Below are positions 1-10,260 of a stretch of DNA of 64,000 nt, in pieces. The notes under the pieces were generated by a model. The model had not been told where the DNA came from. It did no database searches and was given only the letters and a program-made list of their open reading frames with translations. The stretch is from an uncultured Bacteroidia bacterium (GTDB lineage Bacteria; Bacteroidota; Bacteroidia; Bacteroidales; UBA932): positions 20 through 64,019 of the forward strand of contig CADBPR010000030.1 in assembly GCA_902796555.1 (NCBI GenBank), in the 5' to 3' direction. The stretch's first letter is position 1. Every line of letters starts with the position of its first letter. The position numbers and the translations under genes were made by a program.

Positions 1-346
<346 letters not shown>

Positions 347-372
347 TCATTTTTCTTTTGGTCAATTCTATG

Positions 373-380
373 CAAAGATA
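373..380 (-). promoter_or_regulatory. Bacteroidota -7 promoter box (TATCTTTG) for trpS
   Basis: Matches TAnnTTTG consensus 30 nt upstream of the trpS start. Confidence 0.65.
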
Positions 381-431
381 GTATATTTTCACGATATTCG
401 GCCCGTATTTTGAATTATTGAGAGATTTTAG

Positions 432-439
432 TAACTTTG
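432..439 (+). promoter_or_regulatory. -7 promoter box (TAACTTTG) for the phospholipid gene pair
   Basis: TAnnTTTG match upstream of ATG 463. Confidence 0.6.
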
Positions 440-462
440 ACGGATTAAAGAAAATAATTGAA

Positions 463-1173
463 ATGGAGCAACAGAAACAAGCTGTCCGTATACAGACCTC
501 CCTGCTGAATGCCACGGAGAAAAAGGTACTCATCTGGCTGGCCAATCATCTCCCCAAATGGGTCACGTCCGATATGATGACGTTCACCGGTTTCCTCGGT
601 GCCTGCATCATCTGTCTGGGCTGTATCCTGTCCAATCAGAACATCCTCTGGCTGTGGCTGTCCTGCTTCGGCCTGCTTGTCAATTGGTTCGGTGATTCCC
701 TGGACGGGACCATCGCCCGGGTCCGGCATCAGCAGCGTCCCCGATACGGCTTTTTCCTCGACCACAATATCGACTGCATCAACGAGGCCATCATGTTCAT
801 CGGCGTGGGACTTTCCCCTCTGATGAACCTGGAAATCGCCCTGATGGTCCTGGCCGTCTACCTGATGCTGTCTGTCTATGTGTATATCAACAGCCACCTC
901 AAAGGCGAATTCAAACTGACCTACGCCAAACTGGGTCCGACCGAGTTCCGGCTGATTATCTTCACGGCCCTGCTGCTCTTCATCTATGTACCCGGCATGC
1001 GGGCCTACAGCAAAGAGGTCATGTTCCTCGGCCACCCGGTGACCTTCCAGATTCTGGACTACATCGCCCTGGTCATCCTGGCCGTTCTGCTGGTCGCGTA
1101 TCTCGTCAGTCTGTACAAGGACGGACGTTATTTCGCCAAATTGGAACCCCTTCCCCACGAGGAGGACCGCTGA
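463..1173 (+). CDS. CDP-alcohol phosphatidyltransferase family protein
   Basis: DSLDGTIAR...GFFLDHNID signature (DG-x2-AR-x8-G-x3-D-x3-D) and several TM segments. Start moved to ATG 463 because the promoter box lies inside the longer ORF. Confidence 0.9.
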   Translation: MEQQKQAVRIQTSLLNATEKKVLIWLANHLPKWVTSDMMTFTGFLGACIICLGCILSNQNILWLWLSCFGLLVNWFGDSLDGTIARVRHQQRPRYGFFLDHNIDCINEAIMFIGVGLSPLMNLEIALMVLAVYLMLSVYVYINSHLKGEFKLTYAKLGPTEFRLIIFTALLLFIYVPGMRAYSKEVMFLGHPVTFQILDYIALVILAVLLVAYLVSLYKDGRYFAKLEPLPHEEDR

Positions 1174-2024
1174 TGCCCCTGCTGACCCAGGAAGACGCCG
1201 CCCGGCTGAGTCCGCTTTTCAAAGGAAAGGCCGGTGCCCTGCTGTACAAAGCGGTGATGCATATTGCGTCCCTGGACGACCTGACCGACGTGTATGACAG
1301 CCAGGCCATGTATGAAGGGCCGGACTTTGCGCTCGGGATTCTCAACCATACCGGTGCCGTCTATCATGTCGGCGGAAGCGAACATCTGAAAACGCTGCCG
1401 GAAGGCCCCTTCGTCACAATCAGCAACCACCCCTACGGCGGCATCGACGGACTGGTGCTGGTCGATTTGTTCGGGCACCTGCGTCCCGACTACAAGGTGA
1501 TGGTCAACAAGATACTGGGCTATCTGAAGGCGCTGGGGCCCAGTTTTATCACGGTGACCCCGACCGGCAATGAAAAGGCCGCCCCCACCCGCGAAAGCCT
1601 GAAGGGCATCCGCCTGTCCATGGAGCATGTCCGGGACGGCCATCCGCTGGGCATTTTCCCCTCCGGCGCCGTTTCCGACCTCAGCCTGAAGGACCGTTGC
1701 ATCCGGGACCGGGCGTGGCAGGAACCGGTCATCCGGATGATTCGCAAAATGAACGTTCCCGTTCTTCCTGTCCGCTTTTTCGACCGCAATTCGCTCTATT
1801 ATTACCTGCTGGGCCTCATCGACTGGCGGGTCCGTCTGCTGCGCCTCGCACGCGAAGGCATCAACAAACGCGGCAAACGAATCCGCGTGGGCATCGGACC
1901 GCTGATTGCAGCGGAAACCATCCAGTCCTTTTCCGATACTCAGGCCCTCGGCACCTTCCTGCGGGAGCAGGTCTACGGGATGCCGCTTCCCGACCATTTC
2001 GTGACCCGGGAAGAGATTCTGTAG
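1173..2024 (+). CDS. PlsC-superfamily lysophospholipid/glycerol acyltransferase
   Basis: SNHPYGGIDG (NHx4D) and IFPSG motifs; TGATG overlap with the upstream gene. Confidence 0.85.
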   Translation: MPLLTQEDAARLSPLFKGKAGALLYKAVMHIASLDDLTDVYDSQAMYEGPDFALGILNHTGAVYHVGGSEHLKTLPEGPFVTISNHPYGGIDGLVLVDLFGHLRPDYKVMVNKILGYLKALGPSFITVTPTGNEKAAPTRESLKGIRLSMEHVRDGHPLGIFPSGAVSDLSLKDRCIRDRAWQEPVIRMIRKMNVPVLPVRFFDRNSLYYYLLGLIDWRVRLLRLAREGINKRGKRIRVGIGPLIAAETIQSFSDTQALGTFLREQVYGMPLPDHFVTREEIL

Positions 2025-2058
2025 ATTCGGTGCAACTTTTCCCCCCGGATTTGCATCT

Positions 2059-2066
2059 TATCTTTG
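2059..2066 (+). promoter_or_regulatory. -7 promoter box (TATCTTTG) for the vWA lipoprotein
   Basis: TAnnTTTG match 43 nt upstream of ATG 2109. Confidence 0.6.
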
Positions 2067-2108
2067 GCGGGCGGAAAGTATCGCTTCGCCGTAGATAAAA
2101 TGTTTCCT

Positions 2109-3338
2109 ATGAAGCGTAAACTTTTCATATTCATCTCCCTGGCTGCCGTCGCAGCCCTTTCGTTATCCTGTTCAAAAGGCAATTACATGACTTCCCGCGA
2201 CAAAGGAATGGCCATGCCGGCCGAATCTGACGCCTACATGGGCGAAGGGTCGGGCAGCAATTACCCGGGTCCGGGCAGCGGCGTCGTAACGGCGGCCGAA
2301 TGGAGCGACCTCACGCATTGGAAAGAATGGGGCGAACTCGTTCAGGGCACTTTCCGGGATGCTGTCAACACCTGGGGTTTTTATACGGAAGGCCGTGTTT
2401 CCGTTCAGGTGGTGAATCCCGACGGAGACCCCGTCTGCGGCGTCAAGGTCGACCTGCTGCAGGACGGCAGCGTCGCTTGGACGGCCCGCACGGACAACCA
2501 CGGCATGGCAGAATGCTGGCCTTCCCTCTATGACGGAACCGTTATCGTCAATGCGGATGCCCTGCAGGTTTCCCTGGACGGCGTTCTGCAGGAGGAGCGT
2601 CCCAAGGTTACCTGGCTGCAGACGGACGAGGTACGGACCAATCGCTATGTCCTCGACGGGAAAAGCCTGCCGGAGTATGCGGCTGATATCGCTTTCATCG
2701 TGGACGCCACCGGTTCCATGGCAGACGAAATCGCCTTCCTGCAGAGCGACATGGCGGATATCATCAACCAGGTGATGGTCAGCCAGAGCGGCATGAAAAT
2801 CAGGACCGGAGCCGTTTTCTACCGGGATGAAGGCGACGATTATCTGACCAAGGTATCGAATTTCAACAGCGAACTGTCCGTGACCCGTGATTATATCCTG
2901 GAGCAGTATGCCGCCGGCGGCGGAGACTACCCCGAAGCGGTCCACTCGGCCTTGAGCGCCTCCCTCCAGGAGCTTTCCTGGAATGAAAACACCCGCACCC
3001 GCATCGCCTTCCTGCTGCTCGACGCCCCCCCGCACGACCAGGCCGACATCAAGGAGAGCGTCCGGAAGTCAGTCCAGACCTATGCACGGATGGGCATCAA
3101 ACTGATTCCGATTGCCGCCAGCGGAATTGACAAAGGAACGGAAGCCCTGTTGCGGATGATGGCCATCAGCACGGACGCGACCTATGTATTCATTACCAAT
3201 GACAGCGGCGTCGGCGGTGACCATATCGAGGCTTCCGTCGGAGAATACGAAGTCGAGAAACTGAATGAACTGATGATTCGGCTGATTAACTACTACACCG
3301 AGACGGTTCACGGAGACGAGAGCGACCAACAAGCGTAA
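2109..3338 (+). CDS. vWA-domain lipoprotein with an Ig/carboxypeptidase-regulatory-like domain
   Basis: Signal peptide with lipobox LSLSC; MIDAS-type DIAFIVDATGSM; GGGDYPEA and LLDAPPH vWA motifs. Confidence 0.85.
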   Translation: MKRKLFIFISLAAVAALSLSCSKGNYMTSRDKGMAMPAESDAYMGEGSGSNYPGPGSGVVTAAEWSDLTHWKEWGELVQGTFRDAVNTWGFYTEGRVSVQVVNPDGDPVCGVKVDLLQDGSVAWTARTDNHGMAECWPSLYDGTVIVNADALQVSLDGVLQEERPKVTWLQTDEVRTNRYVLDGKSLPEYAADIAFIVDATGSMADEIAFLQSDMADIINQVMVSQSGMKIRTGAVFYRDEGDDYLTKVSNFNSELSVTRDYILEQYAAGGGDYPEAVHSALSASLQELSWNENTRTRIAFLLLDAPPHDQADIKESVRKSVQTYARMGIKLIPIAASGIDKGTEALLRMMAISTDATYVFITNDSGVGGDHIEASVGEYEVEKLNELMIRLINYYTETVHGDESDQQA

Positions 3339-3389
3339 TACTCTCATGTTCTGGACTGTCTCGGACGTCGTCGTACGCCGGTAATACGC

Positions 3390-5186
3390 CTACGGGACCT
3401 GCAGTTCCAGTTCTACGATATCCTCAAAACCATTGACCAGTTTGATCCGGGCCTGCAGCAGATGCGACCCGGATTTCAATGTCAGGGAGTTGCCGCGGAC
3501 GGTATACCCGTCATGAATCCATTGGACGGACTTGGCCGCCTGACCGGAGGTACAGCGGACTTGCAGGTCGTACTGGGCGCCTGCCTCGCAGACAGTCGGC
3601 GGGACAATATAGTTGTAGCCGATATCAGGGGCCGCCGCTTTGAGGCCGGAGACGGTAAAACTGCCCCTGCCCCCCTGATAGCGGATATCGGAGAGAGAGA
3701 CCAGCGCCTTCCCGTCCCAATCCGCGAGGTCAATCTCGCGAATATCGTAATTGCCCGGAAAAATCATGTCGCCGGCCGCATCTGCTACCGTCCTGTACAT
3801 ATAACCGCCATCTTCAACAATTCCATAGCAGAAATTGCCGGGGTCGGGGGCCGCCAGCACGTAGTAACAGGGATGCTGGCCGTATTCGTTGATACAGTTG
3901 GTACTCCACCACTCATCCCACAGCGTCCGCGCGGACAGCGGATAATCATAGTACGCACCATCCGAATACTGAATCTGAATCGGAATGATACGGCCGGAGC
4001 GGTCGATGTGGTAGATGACCAACCCGCCGGGAAGATAGCTGTCCCAGCGGGTCTCGTCGCGGGACTCGAACAGGAAGTACTCCCCTTCCGTTCCGGCAGG
4101 CACAATCAGCGCCTTGTTGTCGGTCGGTGCTGGGGCGAAATACGACCCGTCCTGCTCAATCAGCGTCAGGTCAGCTTCTTTCAGCCAGCCCAACATGATT
4201 TTTTCTTCAACGCTCAGACTGGGCGGGGTCCGGGATTCATTCAGATAAGACCCCATGCACATCAGGGAAAAATCCTCCACACCGATGCAATAGCCGTTCT
4301 GGCCATAGTCCGTATCATAAAAATCCGGCAGGCCCAGGGAATGTCCGAACTCGTGGCAGGTCGTTCCGATGCCGCACATGACGGTACCGGAAGTGCCTTT
4401 CAACTCGGAGGTGCAGAAATACCGGCCGAGCTTTATCCCGTCAAACTGATCGGAGATCCAGCTCAGGTCGTACTGGTGCGGCCAGATGGTATTGGGGGCA
4501 CCTTCAGCCTGGTTGTAACCGGCATAATAGACCAGCACCATGTCCACGGCCCCGTCTCCGTCGTTGTCATAACGGGAGAAATCCACCGAGGCATCGGCCA
4601 GGCGTGCCGCATCCCGAATGGCCATCCAGGCGTTCTGCATACCGTCGGAGCCGGCATAATATGCAGCCGTGTTGCTGAGGGTAAAGGGGCCGTACACCTC
4701 GAATTCCGGTTCGAACCGGCGGTCCGAATTGTCCAGATAATAATCTTTGACAGAGCCGGTTGCGCCGTCTTTGGAATAACCGCTCTCGTTGAGCAGCCGG
4801 GTAAAAGCCTCCTGCGGCTGGGTGATGGAAAAATGCTTGTCTGAAAAATTGACCAGCAGCACCGGAATCCTTTTCTTTCCCGTATTGCCGGTGGCCGACC
4901 AACGGGCGTGATGGCGCTGGGCGGCAATCTGCCGGCGCATCCGGGCCAAGGTCGGAGAAGGCGCCGGCTTCCTCTCCGCGGACAAGCGGTAGAAGCCATC
5001 CGGGGAAGGTTCCAGCATCCGGCCTTTCAGGTCGGTCGCATAGTGATAGAACTCGTCTCCCCACATCCGAATCTGTATGGTCGTGCCGTCCGGCTGGAGA
5101 TAGGTAACCGGCCGGGGTATCGCAGGAACGGCCCTTGCGGGGAAAACAAGGGTCAAAAGAATCAGAATCAGGGAGAATCGTTTCAT
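3390..5186 (-). CDS. M6 family (immune inhibitor A-like) metalloprotease, copy 2
   Basis: Signal peptide, propeptide QPDG..GDE.YH, GSVKDYY.DNS, IWPHQ, HEFGHSLGLPDFY zinc motif. Confidence 0.9.
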   Translation of the reverse strand: MKRFSLILILLTLVFPARAVPAIPRPVTYLQPDGTTIQIRMWGDEFYHYATDLKGRMLEPSPDGFYRLSAERKPAPSPTLARMRRQIAAQRHHARWSATGNTGKKRIPVLLVNFSDKHFSITQPQEAFTRLLNESGYSKDGATGSVKDYYLDNSDRRFEPEFEVYGPFTLSNTAAYYAGSDGMQNAWMAIRDAARLADASVDFSRYDNDGDGAVDMVLVYYAGYNQAEGAPNTIWPHQYDLSWISDQFDGIKLGRYFCTSELKGTSGTVMCGIGTTCHEFGHSLGLPDFYDTDYGQNGYCIGVEDFSLMCMGSYLNESRTPPSLSVEEKIMLGWLKEADLTLIEQDGSYFAPAPTDNKALIVPAGTEGEYFLFESRDETRWDSYLPGGLVIYHIDRSGRIIPIQIQYSDGAYYDYPLSARTLWDEWWSTNCINEYGQHPCYYVLAAPDPGNFCYGIVEDGGYMYRTVADAAGDMIFPGNYDIREIDLADWDGKALVSLSDIRYQGGRGSFTVSGLKAAAPDIGYNYIVPPTVCEAGAQYDLQVRCTSGQAAKSVQWIHDGYTVRGNSLTLKSGSHLLQARIKLVNGFEDIVELELQVP

Positions 5187-6994
5187 TCAGCTTGGATTAC
5201 CAGGTCAATGACATCCTCTGTCCCGTTGGAAAATGCCAGACGGGCTGTCACCGTCTGGGTTCCCTTCTTCAAGATGAGGACATCATCGTTATACTTCGAA
5301 CCGTCGACATACCAGGTCACGGAACTCGGCTTTCTTCCTGCGGCTGTCGTATTGACTTTCAGGAAGAACCGTTCTCCGGCGACATAGCTTTCAGTCGGGA
5401 TGATGTAATTGTAGCCGAGGTCAGGATAGATCTCTTCCTCGGGGTCCTCGCCGCCGCTGACAGTGAAAGTCAGCACACCGTCGGCAATGGCGATATCAGA
5501 CAGTTGAATCGGGCTGCTGACGCCGTCCCAGTCCTTGGCCGTATATTTGGTAACACCGGACAGACCGGGAAAACTCATCCGATTTTCCAGATTGCCGCCA
5601 TAGATAACGGAATTGGCAACGGTATAGTTCAGGGTACCGGGGCTGGGTGCCGGGATGACATACCCGCAGGGATGGCTGCCGTTGGCATTGATGGAGTTGG
5701 ACTCTTCCCAGTTCTTCCACAAGGAAGATGCGGTATAGGTATACGTATTCCCGTAGTCGTCCGTGACTTTCACGGTGCGATTGGACATATCGATATGGTA
5801 AACCACCATACCGGGCTCAAGACCCCGGTCGCAACGGGTACCGTCCCGGAATTCATACAGGAAGAACTCCCCTTCCCGGGTGGTTTTCGTCCGCAGGCAA
5901 TGATTCTCATAGACGGGCGGCAGGGAGGTCACACCGTTGTAAACGATATCCTGAATGGCTTCGGATTCGGAAATCCAACCCAGCATCACCCTTTCCATGA
6001 CCGTAAAATGCACCGGCGAACGTCCAGCCTGCACATCGGCGCCGGAATCCATTACGGAAAAAGCCGACATCGCATGGGTGCTCCCGTTGGTGGAGTAATT
6101 GGTATCGTAAAAGTCCGGCAGTCCCAGGGAATGGCCGAACTCATGACAGGTCGTTCCGATGGAACACAGGGTCTTGCCGCTGGCGCCGGAAAATTCGGAA
6201 GTACAGAAGTAATTGCCCAGACGCACCCCGTCGTAGCGGGTCGACGTCTCGTATTCCAAGGTATACTGATGCGGCCAGATCGTGCCGGTCTGGCTGCTTT
6301 CGGCATAATTATAGCCCGGGTAGAAAAAGGCTATCAGGTCCACGAAACCGTCTCCGTCCTGGTCATAGCGGGCAAAATCCACATCGTCGTTGGCCGCTTT
6401 GCAAGCGGACACAAAACAGGCCTCCACGCCGGTCACGCCGTCTTCGAACTGCTTATAGCTGTAATTGACTTTGTAAGGGCCGTAGACATCGAACTCGGGG
6501 CGGAACTGTCCGTCGGAATTCTCCATATAGAAATCCCGAACCGAACCGTAGGCACCATTGACGGAATAACCTTCCTCATTCATCATCCGGGAAAGGTCCT
6601 GGGCCGAATATTTCCAGGTCAAATCCTTGTATTCCAGCATGATAACCAGTCCGCGCTTGACACCGATATTGTCCGAGCGGGTCGGGAAGTAACCGTTCGA
6701 AGCCATCGTAGCAGGGGCCTTCCGCGCCGCATGGGCGCGCTGCCGCATCTGCCGTACCCGGTCAGTGGGCGCGATTTCCGCGGCCGTTGCGGGACGCAGG
6801 TATCCCCGGACGTCCATCTTCAGCAGATTGCCGTCCAGGTCGGTCATCCAATGGTGGTATTCGTCACCGTGAAGACGGACCGTCACGACGCTGCCGTCAG
6901 GCTGGGTCAGTTGAATGGGCTGGCGTGTAGCCGGTCTGGCGCCGGCAATACGACAGGCAAGAAGGGTCAGCAGCAGGGTCAGTACTCTTTTCAT
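5183..6994 (-). CDS. M6 family metalloprotease, copy 1
   Basis: Same motifs (QPDGS..GDEYHH, GSVRDFY.ENS, IWPHQ, HEFGHSLGLPDFY); 4-nt overlap with copy 2. Confidence 0.9.
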   Translation of the reverse strand: MKRVLTLLLTLLACRIAGARPATRQPIQLTQPDGSVVTVRLHGDEYHHWMTDLDGNLLKMDVRGYLRPATAAEIAPTDRVRQMRQRAHAARKAPATMASNGYFPTRSDNIGVKRGLVIMLEYKDLTWKYSAQDLSRMMNEEGYSVNGAYGSVRDFYMENSDGQFRPEFDVYGPYKVNYSYKQFEDGVTGVEACFVSACKAANDDVDFARYDQDGDGFVDLIAFFYPGYNYAESSQTGTIWPHQYTLEYETSTRYDGVRLGNYFCTSEFSGASGKTLCSIGTTCHEFGHSLGLPDFYDTNYSTNGSTHAMSAFSVMDSGADVQAGRSPVHFTVMERVMLGWISESEAIQDIVYNGVTSLPPVYENHCLRTKTTREGEFFLYEFRDGTRCDRGLEPGMVVYHIDMSNRTVKVTDDYGNTYTYTASSLWKNWEESNSINANGSHPCGYVIPAPSPGTLNYTVANSVIYGGNLENRMSFPGLSGVTKYTAKDWDGVSSPIQLSDIAIADGVLTFTVSGGEDPEEEIYPDLGYNYIIPTESYVAGERFFLKVNTTAAGRKPSSVTWYVDGSKYNDDVLILKKGTQTVTARLAFSNGTEDVIDLVIQAE

Positions 6995-6999
6995 AGCCG

Positions 7000-8232
7000 T
7001 CAGATTTTAAGGATGAAACCTGTACCGTCAGTCGCCCGGAGCCAAGCAGTCTGCCCGTCGTCCTGCAGCAACACGGCCTCATACTCCCCTGCCGTCTTCC
7101 GGTCAATCACCAGGGTCAAGGTCACCGTCTCGCCTTCGCGAAGGTCGTTTCCGAAGCCGCGGACCTCGATAATGGAAGCCTGTTCCACATTCATCATGCG
7201 GAAGGACACGGAGGTATCGTCGTAATAGCGGCCCATCTGCATGGTCAGCGGGTCATAAAGGGTCTTACGACCGTCTGCATAGTAAACCCCGAACGCGGTT
7301 TCCCGCAGCAGCGGGTCGGTACCGGACTGGGTCAGCACCACGGTCTGGCTGAGTTTTCCGGAAGGCTGGCCGTCGGACAGGATGGAACCGTCCGCCGTGA
7401 AGACGATTTCGGCGCTGCGCTCCTCTTCTGCGGGATTCTCATCCACCGTAAAGACCAGTACATCCTGGTTGAGCGCCTTGGTCGGAGCCAGGCGGAGCCA
7501 ATCAGCGGAGCAAGATACTTCGTATTTCACATTGTACTGGGCCGTCAGGGAAAGGGACCCGCCGCGGCAGCCGATGGTCAGGACCTCCGGCGCGACCAGC
7601 AGCACATCGGTCTGGGACTGGACCAGGTTCAGGAGCAATTCGTCGGTGCCGGATTTGAAGACGACTTCCCCTGAGCGGGCATCGTAATCGTCCTGCCGGG
7701 CTTTGGCCGTAAAGGTCACCGTCGATTTGCCCGGCGCGCCGGTATCAGAAGACAGGGTGAACCAGTTGCCGGACACCGTCGTCATCTTCCAGGCCGAGAC
7801 CGCATTGATTTCCACCGTCTGTTCAAGCGTGCGGTCGAAAGATAGCGTGGTCGCCGATACGAAGGAAGCGATTCCCTTCTGGACAATCTCGGTTTCCAGC
7901 ACCTTGGAACCGCTGGTTATCACCAGGGTATCTTTGCGGACGGCTTGTTCGCTGTTCAGCCGGATATGCAGCTGAACGCTGCCGTTGAGGTTGTCCGTTC
8001 CAGGGTCTTCTTTCATGATAACGGCCCATTTTCCGCTCTTGAGACTGGCGGACCAGGCTTTGTCGCAGGTCAGCCCGATCGTGATATCCTGGGTGGCGGC
8101 CGTGAGTTCCACACTGGCGGGGCCGCTGCGTTCGAACTGCCGGGGGTCGTTCCCGAGAAGGCTACAGGACACGCACGCGAGCATCCCGGCAAAAGACAGT
8201 AATCCTGTCAGATAGTATTGTTTGATATACAT
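7000..8232 (-). CDS. BACON-domain lipoprotein (about three BACON repeats)
   Basis: Lipobox-like ACVSC; repeated W..../N....R.....F....V.Q.G BACON pattern. Confidence 0.8.
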   Translation of the reverse strand: MYIKQYYLTGLLSFAGMLACVSCSLLGNDPRQFERSGPASVELTAATQDITIGLTCDKAWSASLKSGKWAVIMKEDPGTDNLNGSVQLHIRLNSEQAVRKDTLVITSGSKVLETEIVQKGIASFVSATTLSFDRTLEQTVEINAVSAWKMTTVSGNWFTLSSDTGAPGKSTVTFTAKARQDDYDARSGEVVFKSGTDELLLNLVQSQTDVLLVAPEVLTIGCRGGSLSLTAQYNVKYEVSCSADWLRLAPTKALNQDVLVFTVDENPAEEERSAEIVFTADGSILSDGQPSGKLSQTVVLTQSGTDPLLRETAFGVYYADGRKTLYDPLTMQMGRYYDDTSVSFRMMNVEQASIIEVRGFGNDLREGETVTLTLVIDRKTAGEYEAVLLQDDGQTAWLRATDGTGFILKI

Positions 8233-8247
8233 GGTTAAAAAATAGAA

Positions 8248-9306
8248 TCAATCGTCATCCGGAAGGGTGATTTGCTTGTATTGTTTCTGGCGGCGCTGCC
8301 AGCGCTCACGCGCGTATTGCTGCATGTCCGTCACCGTATCGCTTTCGTCGATGATTTCCATGCCGAGCACCGTCTCGATGATATCTTCGAGGGTAATGAT
8401 TCCCTGGAAACAGCCGTATTCGTCGATAACCACGGAAATCTGGTCCTTGCTGCGGAGCAGTTCCTGCCAGATGTCGCTGACCGAGACTTCCTCATTGAAT
8501 GCGGCGATGTCGCGTTTGAGGTCGCCCAGGGTCATGCCGAACTGGTCGTCGGCCAAATGCTCCAGCACGGTGGACCGGAGCACGTATCCGGTAATGAATT
8601 CCGGCGAATCGGTATAGACGGGAATACGGGAATTATGGGAAAGGGAGCGGTCCTTGTAGAAGGATTTCAGCGTCATGGATTCCGGGGCGATGGCGCAGAC
8701 CACCCGCGGGGTCATGATGTCGTATGCCTTGATGCCGTCCTGTTTGATGATATTCTGAATCACCTTGTTCTCGCTCTGGTCGAACACGCCTTCTTCTTCG
8801 CCCATGTTGGCCATCGCGGAAACTTCCTCGCGGCTGATGGTCTGGTCGTCTTCATCGTCCGGGTTGACATGGCTGCTCAGCCACTCGCAAAGGATGACAA
8901 CCGGATAGAGAATGTAAATCAGGGCGTTCATGATACGGGAGAGCCACAGCAGATGCTTCCATTTCGAAGTGCCGATGCTCTTGGGGATGATTTCCGCGAA
9001 CACCAGAATCAGCAGCGTCGTCAGGGCGGAAACCAGGCCGAACCACTGGCTGCCGAACAACAGGGTCGCCTGCCGGCCGACACCGGCCGCTCCAATCGTA
9101 TTGGCGATGGTATTAAGGGACAGGATGGCAGCAATGGGACGGTCGATGTTCTGCTTCATTTTCATGAAAAGCGTGGCATTCCGGTCCCCTTCGTCCTCCT
9201 TCATCGTAAGATACGACAAAGGGGTCGACATCAGGGTCGATTCCAGCAGGGAGCACAAGAATGAGATCAGAACTGCGCCCAATAAAAATACAATCAGCAG
9301 AGCCAT
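8248..9306 (-). CDS. CNNM/DUF21 + CBS (CorC/HlyC-like) membrane protein
   Basis: SFLCSLLE, ILSLNTIANT, FAEIIPKSIG, tandem CBS domains with IMTPR, SRIPVY, DEYG..GIITLEDIIE. Confidence 0.9.
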   Translation of the reverse strand: MALLIVFLLGAVLISFLCSLLESTLMSTPLSYLTMKEDEGDRNATLFMKMKQNIDRPIAAILSLNTIANTIGAAGVGRQATLLFGSQWFGLVSALTTLLILVFAEIIPKSIGTSKWKHLLWLSRIMNALIYILYPVVILCEWLSSHVNPDDEDDQTISREEVSAMANMGEEEGVFDQSENKVIQNIIKQDGIKAYDIMTPRVVCAIAPESMTLKSFYKDRSLSHNSRIPVYTDSPEFITGYVLRSTVLEHLADDQFGMTLGDLKRDIAAFNEEVSVSDIWQELLRSKDQISVVIDEYGCFQGIITLEDIIETVLGMEIIDESDTVTDMQQYARERWQRRQKQYKQITLPDDD

Positions 9307-9331
9307 TGATTCTAAATCACAATATATTTCG

Positions 9332-9339
9332 CAAATATA
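9332..9339 (-). promoter_or_regulatory. -7 promoter box (TATATTTG) for the CNNM-BACON-M6-M6 operon
   Basis: TAnnTTTG match in the AT-rich divergent intergenic region. Confidence 0.6.
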
Positions 9340-9390
9340 GTTATAAATGTCGGATTTTTTTGTTAATTTCGCAAAAATTCCTTCTTATCC

Positions 9391-10260
9391 ATGACGACTC
9401 TCGGCATTGACCTCGGCGGCACCCAGATTCGCGCCGCGCGCATTCAACCGGACGGCCGCATTGACGGGCCGGTTCTCTCCTGCCCCACCCATGCAGACCG
9501 CCTCAGCGGCGAAGAACTGTACGGACGCATCCGTCAGCTGGCCCGTTCCGTGCGGGACGGCGGCGTGGCAGCCATCGGAATCGGCTCCACCGGTCCCATC
9601 GACATCGACCGCGGCATGACCCTGGACTGCAACAACCTGCCGTCCATGCAGTATTTTCCCATCTGCCGCCGTCTGCAGGAAGACCTCGGACTACGTGTGT
9701 TCCTGAACAATGATGCCAACGCCCTGATTCTGGGCGAAGCGGCCATCGGCGCCGCCAAAGGCTGTTCGCGCGTGCTGGGATTGACCCTGGGGACCGGTCT
9801 TGGCGCAGCCCTGGTGGTCGACCTGAAAGTCATCCGCGGCGCCAACGACAATGCCGGTGAAATCTGGACGGCCCCTTACGGCGACGGAATTATCGAAGAC
9901 ATCGTCTCCGGCCCCGGCATCCGGCGGATGTACCTCCAGGAGAGCGGAAAGGAGGCCGACGGCGCCGAAATCGCCCAACTGGCCCGCGAAGGAGACCCGG
10001 CTGCCGGCCGCGTCTGGGAACGTTTTGCCGATGCCCTTGGATTCGCGTTGAGCTGGACCGTCAACATGGTCGACCCTGAGATCGTGGTGCTGGGCGGTTC
10101 CGTGACCGAGTCCGCCGACCTGTTCCTCTCGCGCGCCGATGCTTTCATGCGGCGTTACATCTGCCAGTCTACCGCCGAAAAATTACGGGTCGTCCCGGCC
10201 ATGCTGGGGGCGAACGCCGGTGTCATCGGAGCGGGCATCGATGCCCATAAACGCCTGTGA
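9391..10260 (+). CDS. ROK family sugar kinase
   Basis: GIDLGGT, NNDANA, LGTGLG, VVLGGSV motifs; lacks the CxCGxxGCxE zinc motif. Confidence 0.9.
   Translation: MTTLGIDLGGTQIRAARIQPDGRIDGPVLSCPTHADRLSGEELYGRIRQLARSVRDGGVAAIGIGSTGPIDIDRGMTLDCNNLPSMQYFPICRRLQEDLGLRVFLNNDANALILGEAAIGAAKGCSRVLGLTLGTGLGAALVVDLKVIRGANDNAGEIWTAPYGDGIIEDIVSGPGIRRMYLQESGKEADGAEIAQLAREGDPAAGRVWERFADALGFALSWTVNMVDPEIVVLGGSVTESADLFLSRADAFMRRYICQSTAEKLRVVPAMLGANAGVIGAGIDAHKRL

Noticed and set aside
1173-3338. TAG read-through fusing the acyltransferase to the in-frame vWA gene (apparent support for amber recoding)
   Set aside because: The shared frame is a 1-in-3 coincidence. The gap holds a -7 promoter box, and the vWA protein has its own lipoprotein signal peptide.
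9327-9375. TTTCGCAAA direct repeat as an operator upstream of the ROK gene
   Set aside because: Both copies overlap the two divergent -7 promoter boxes, which explains them more simply.
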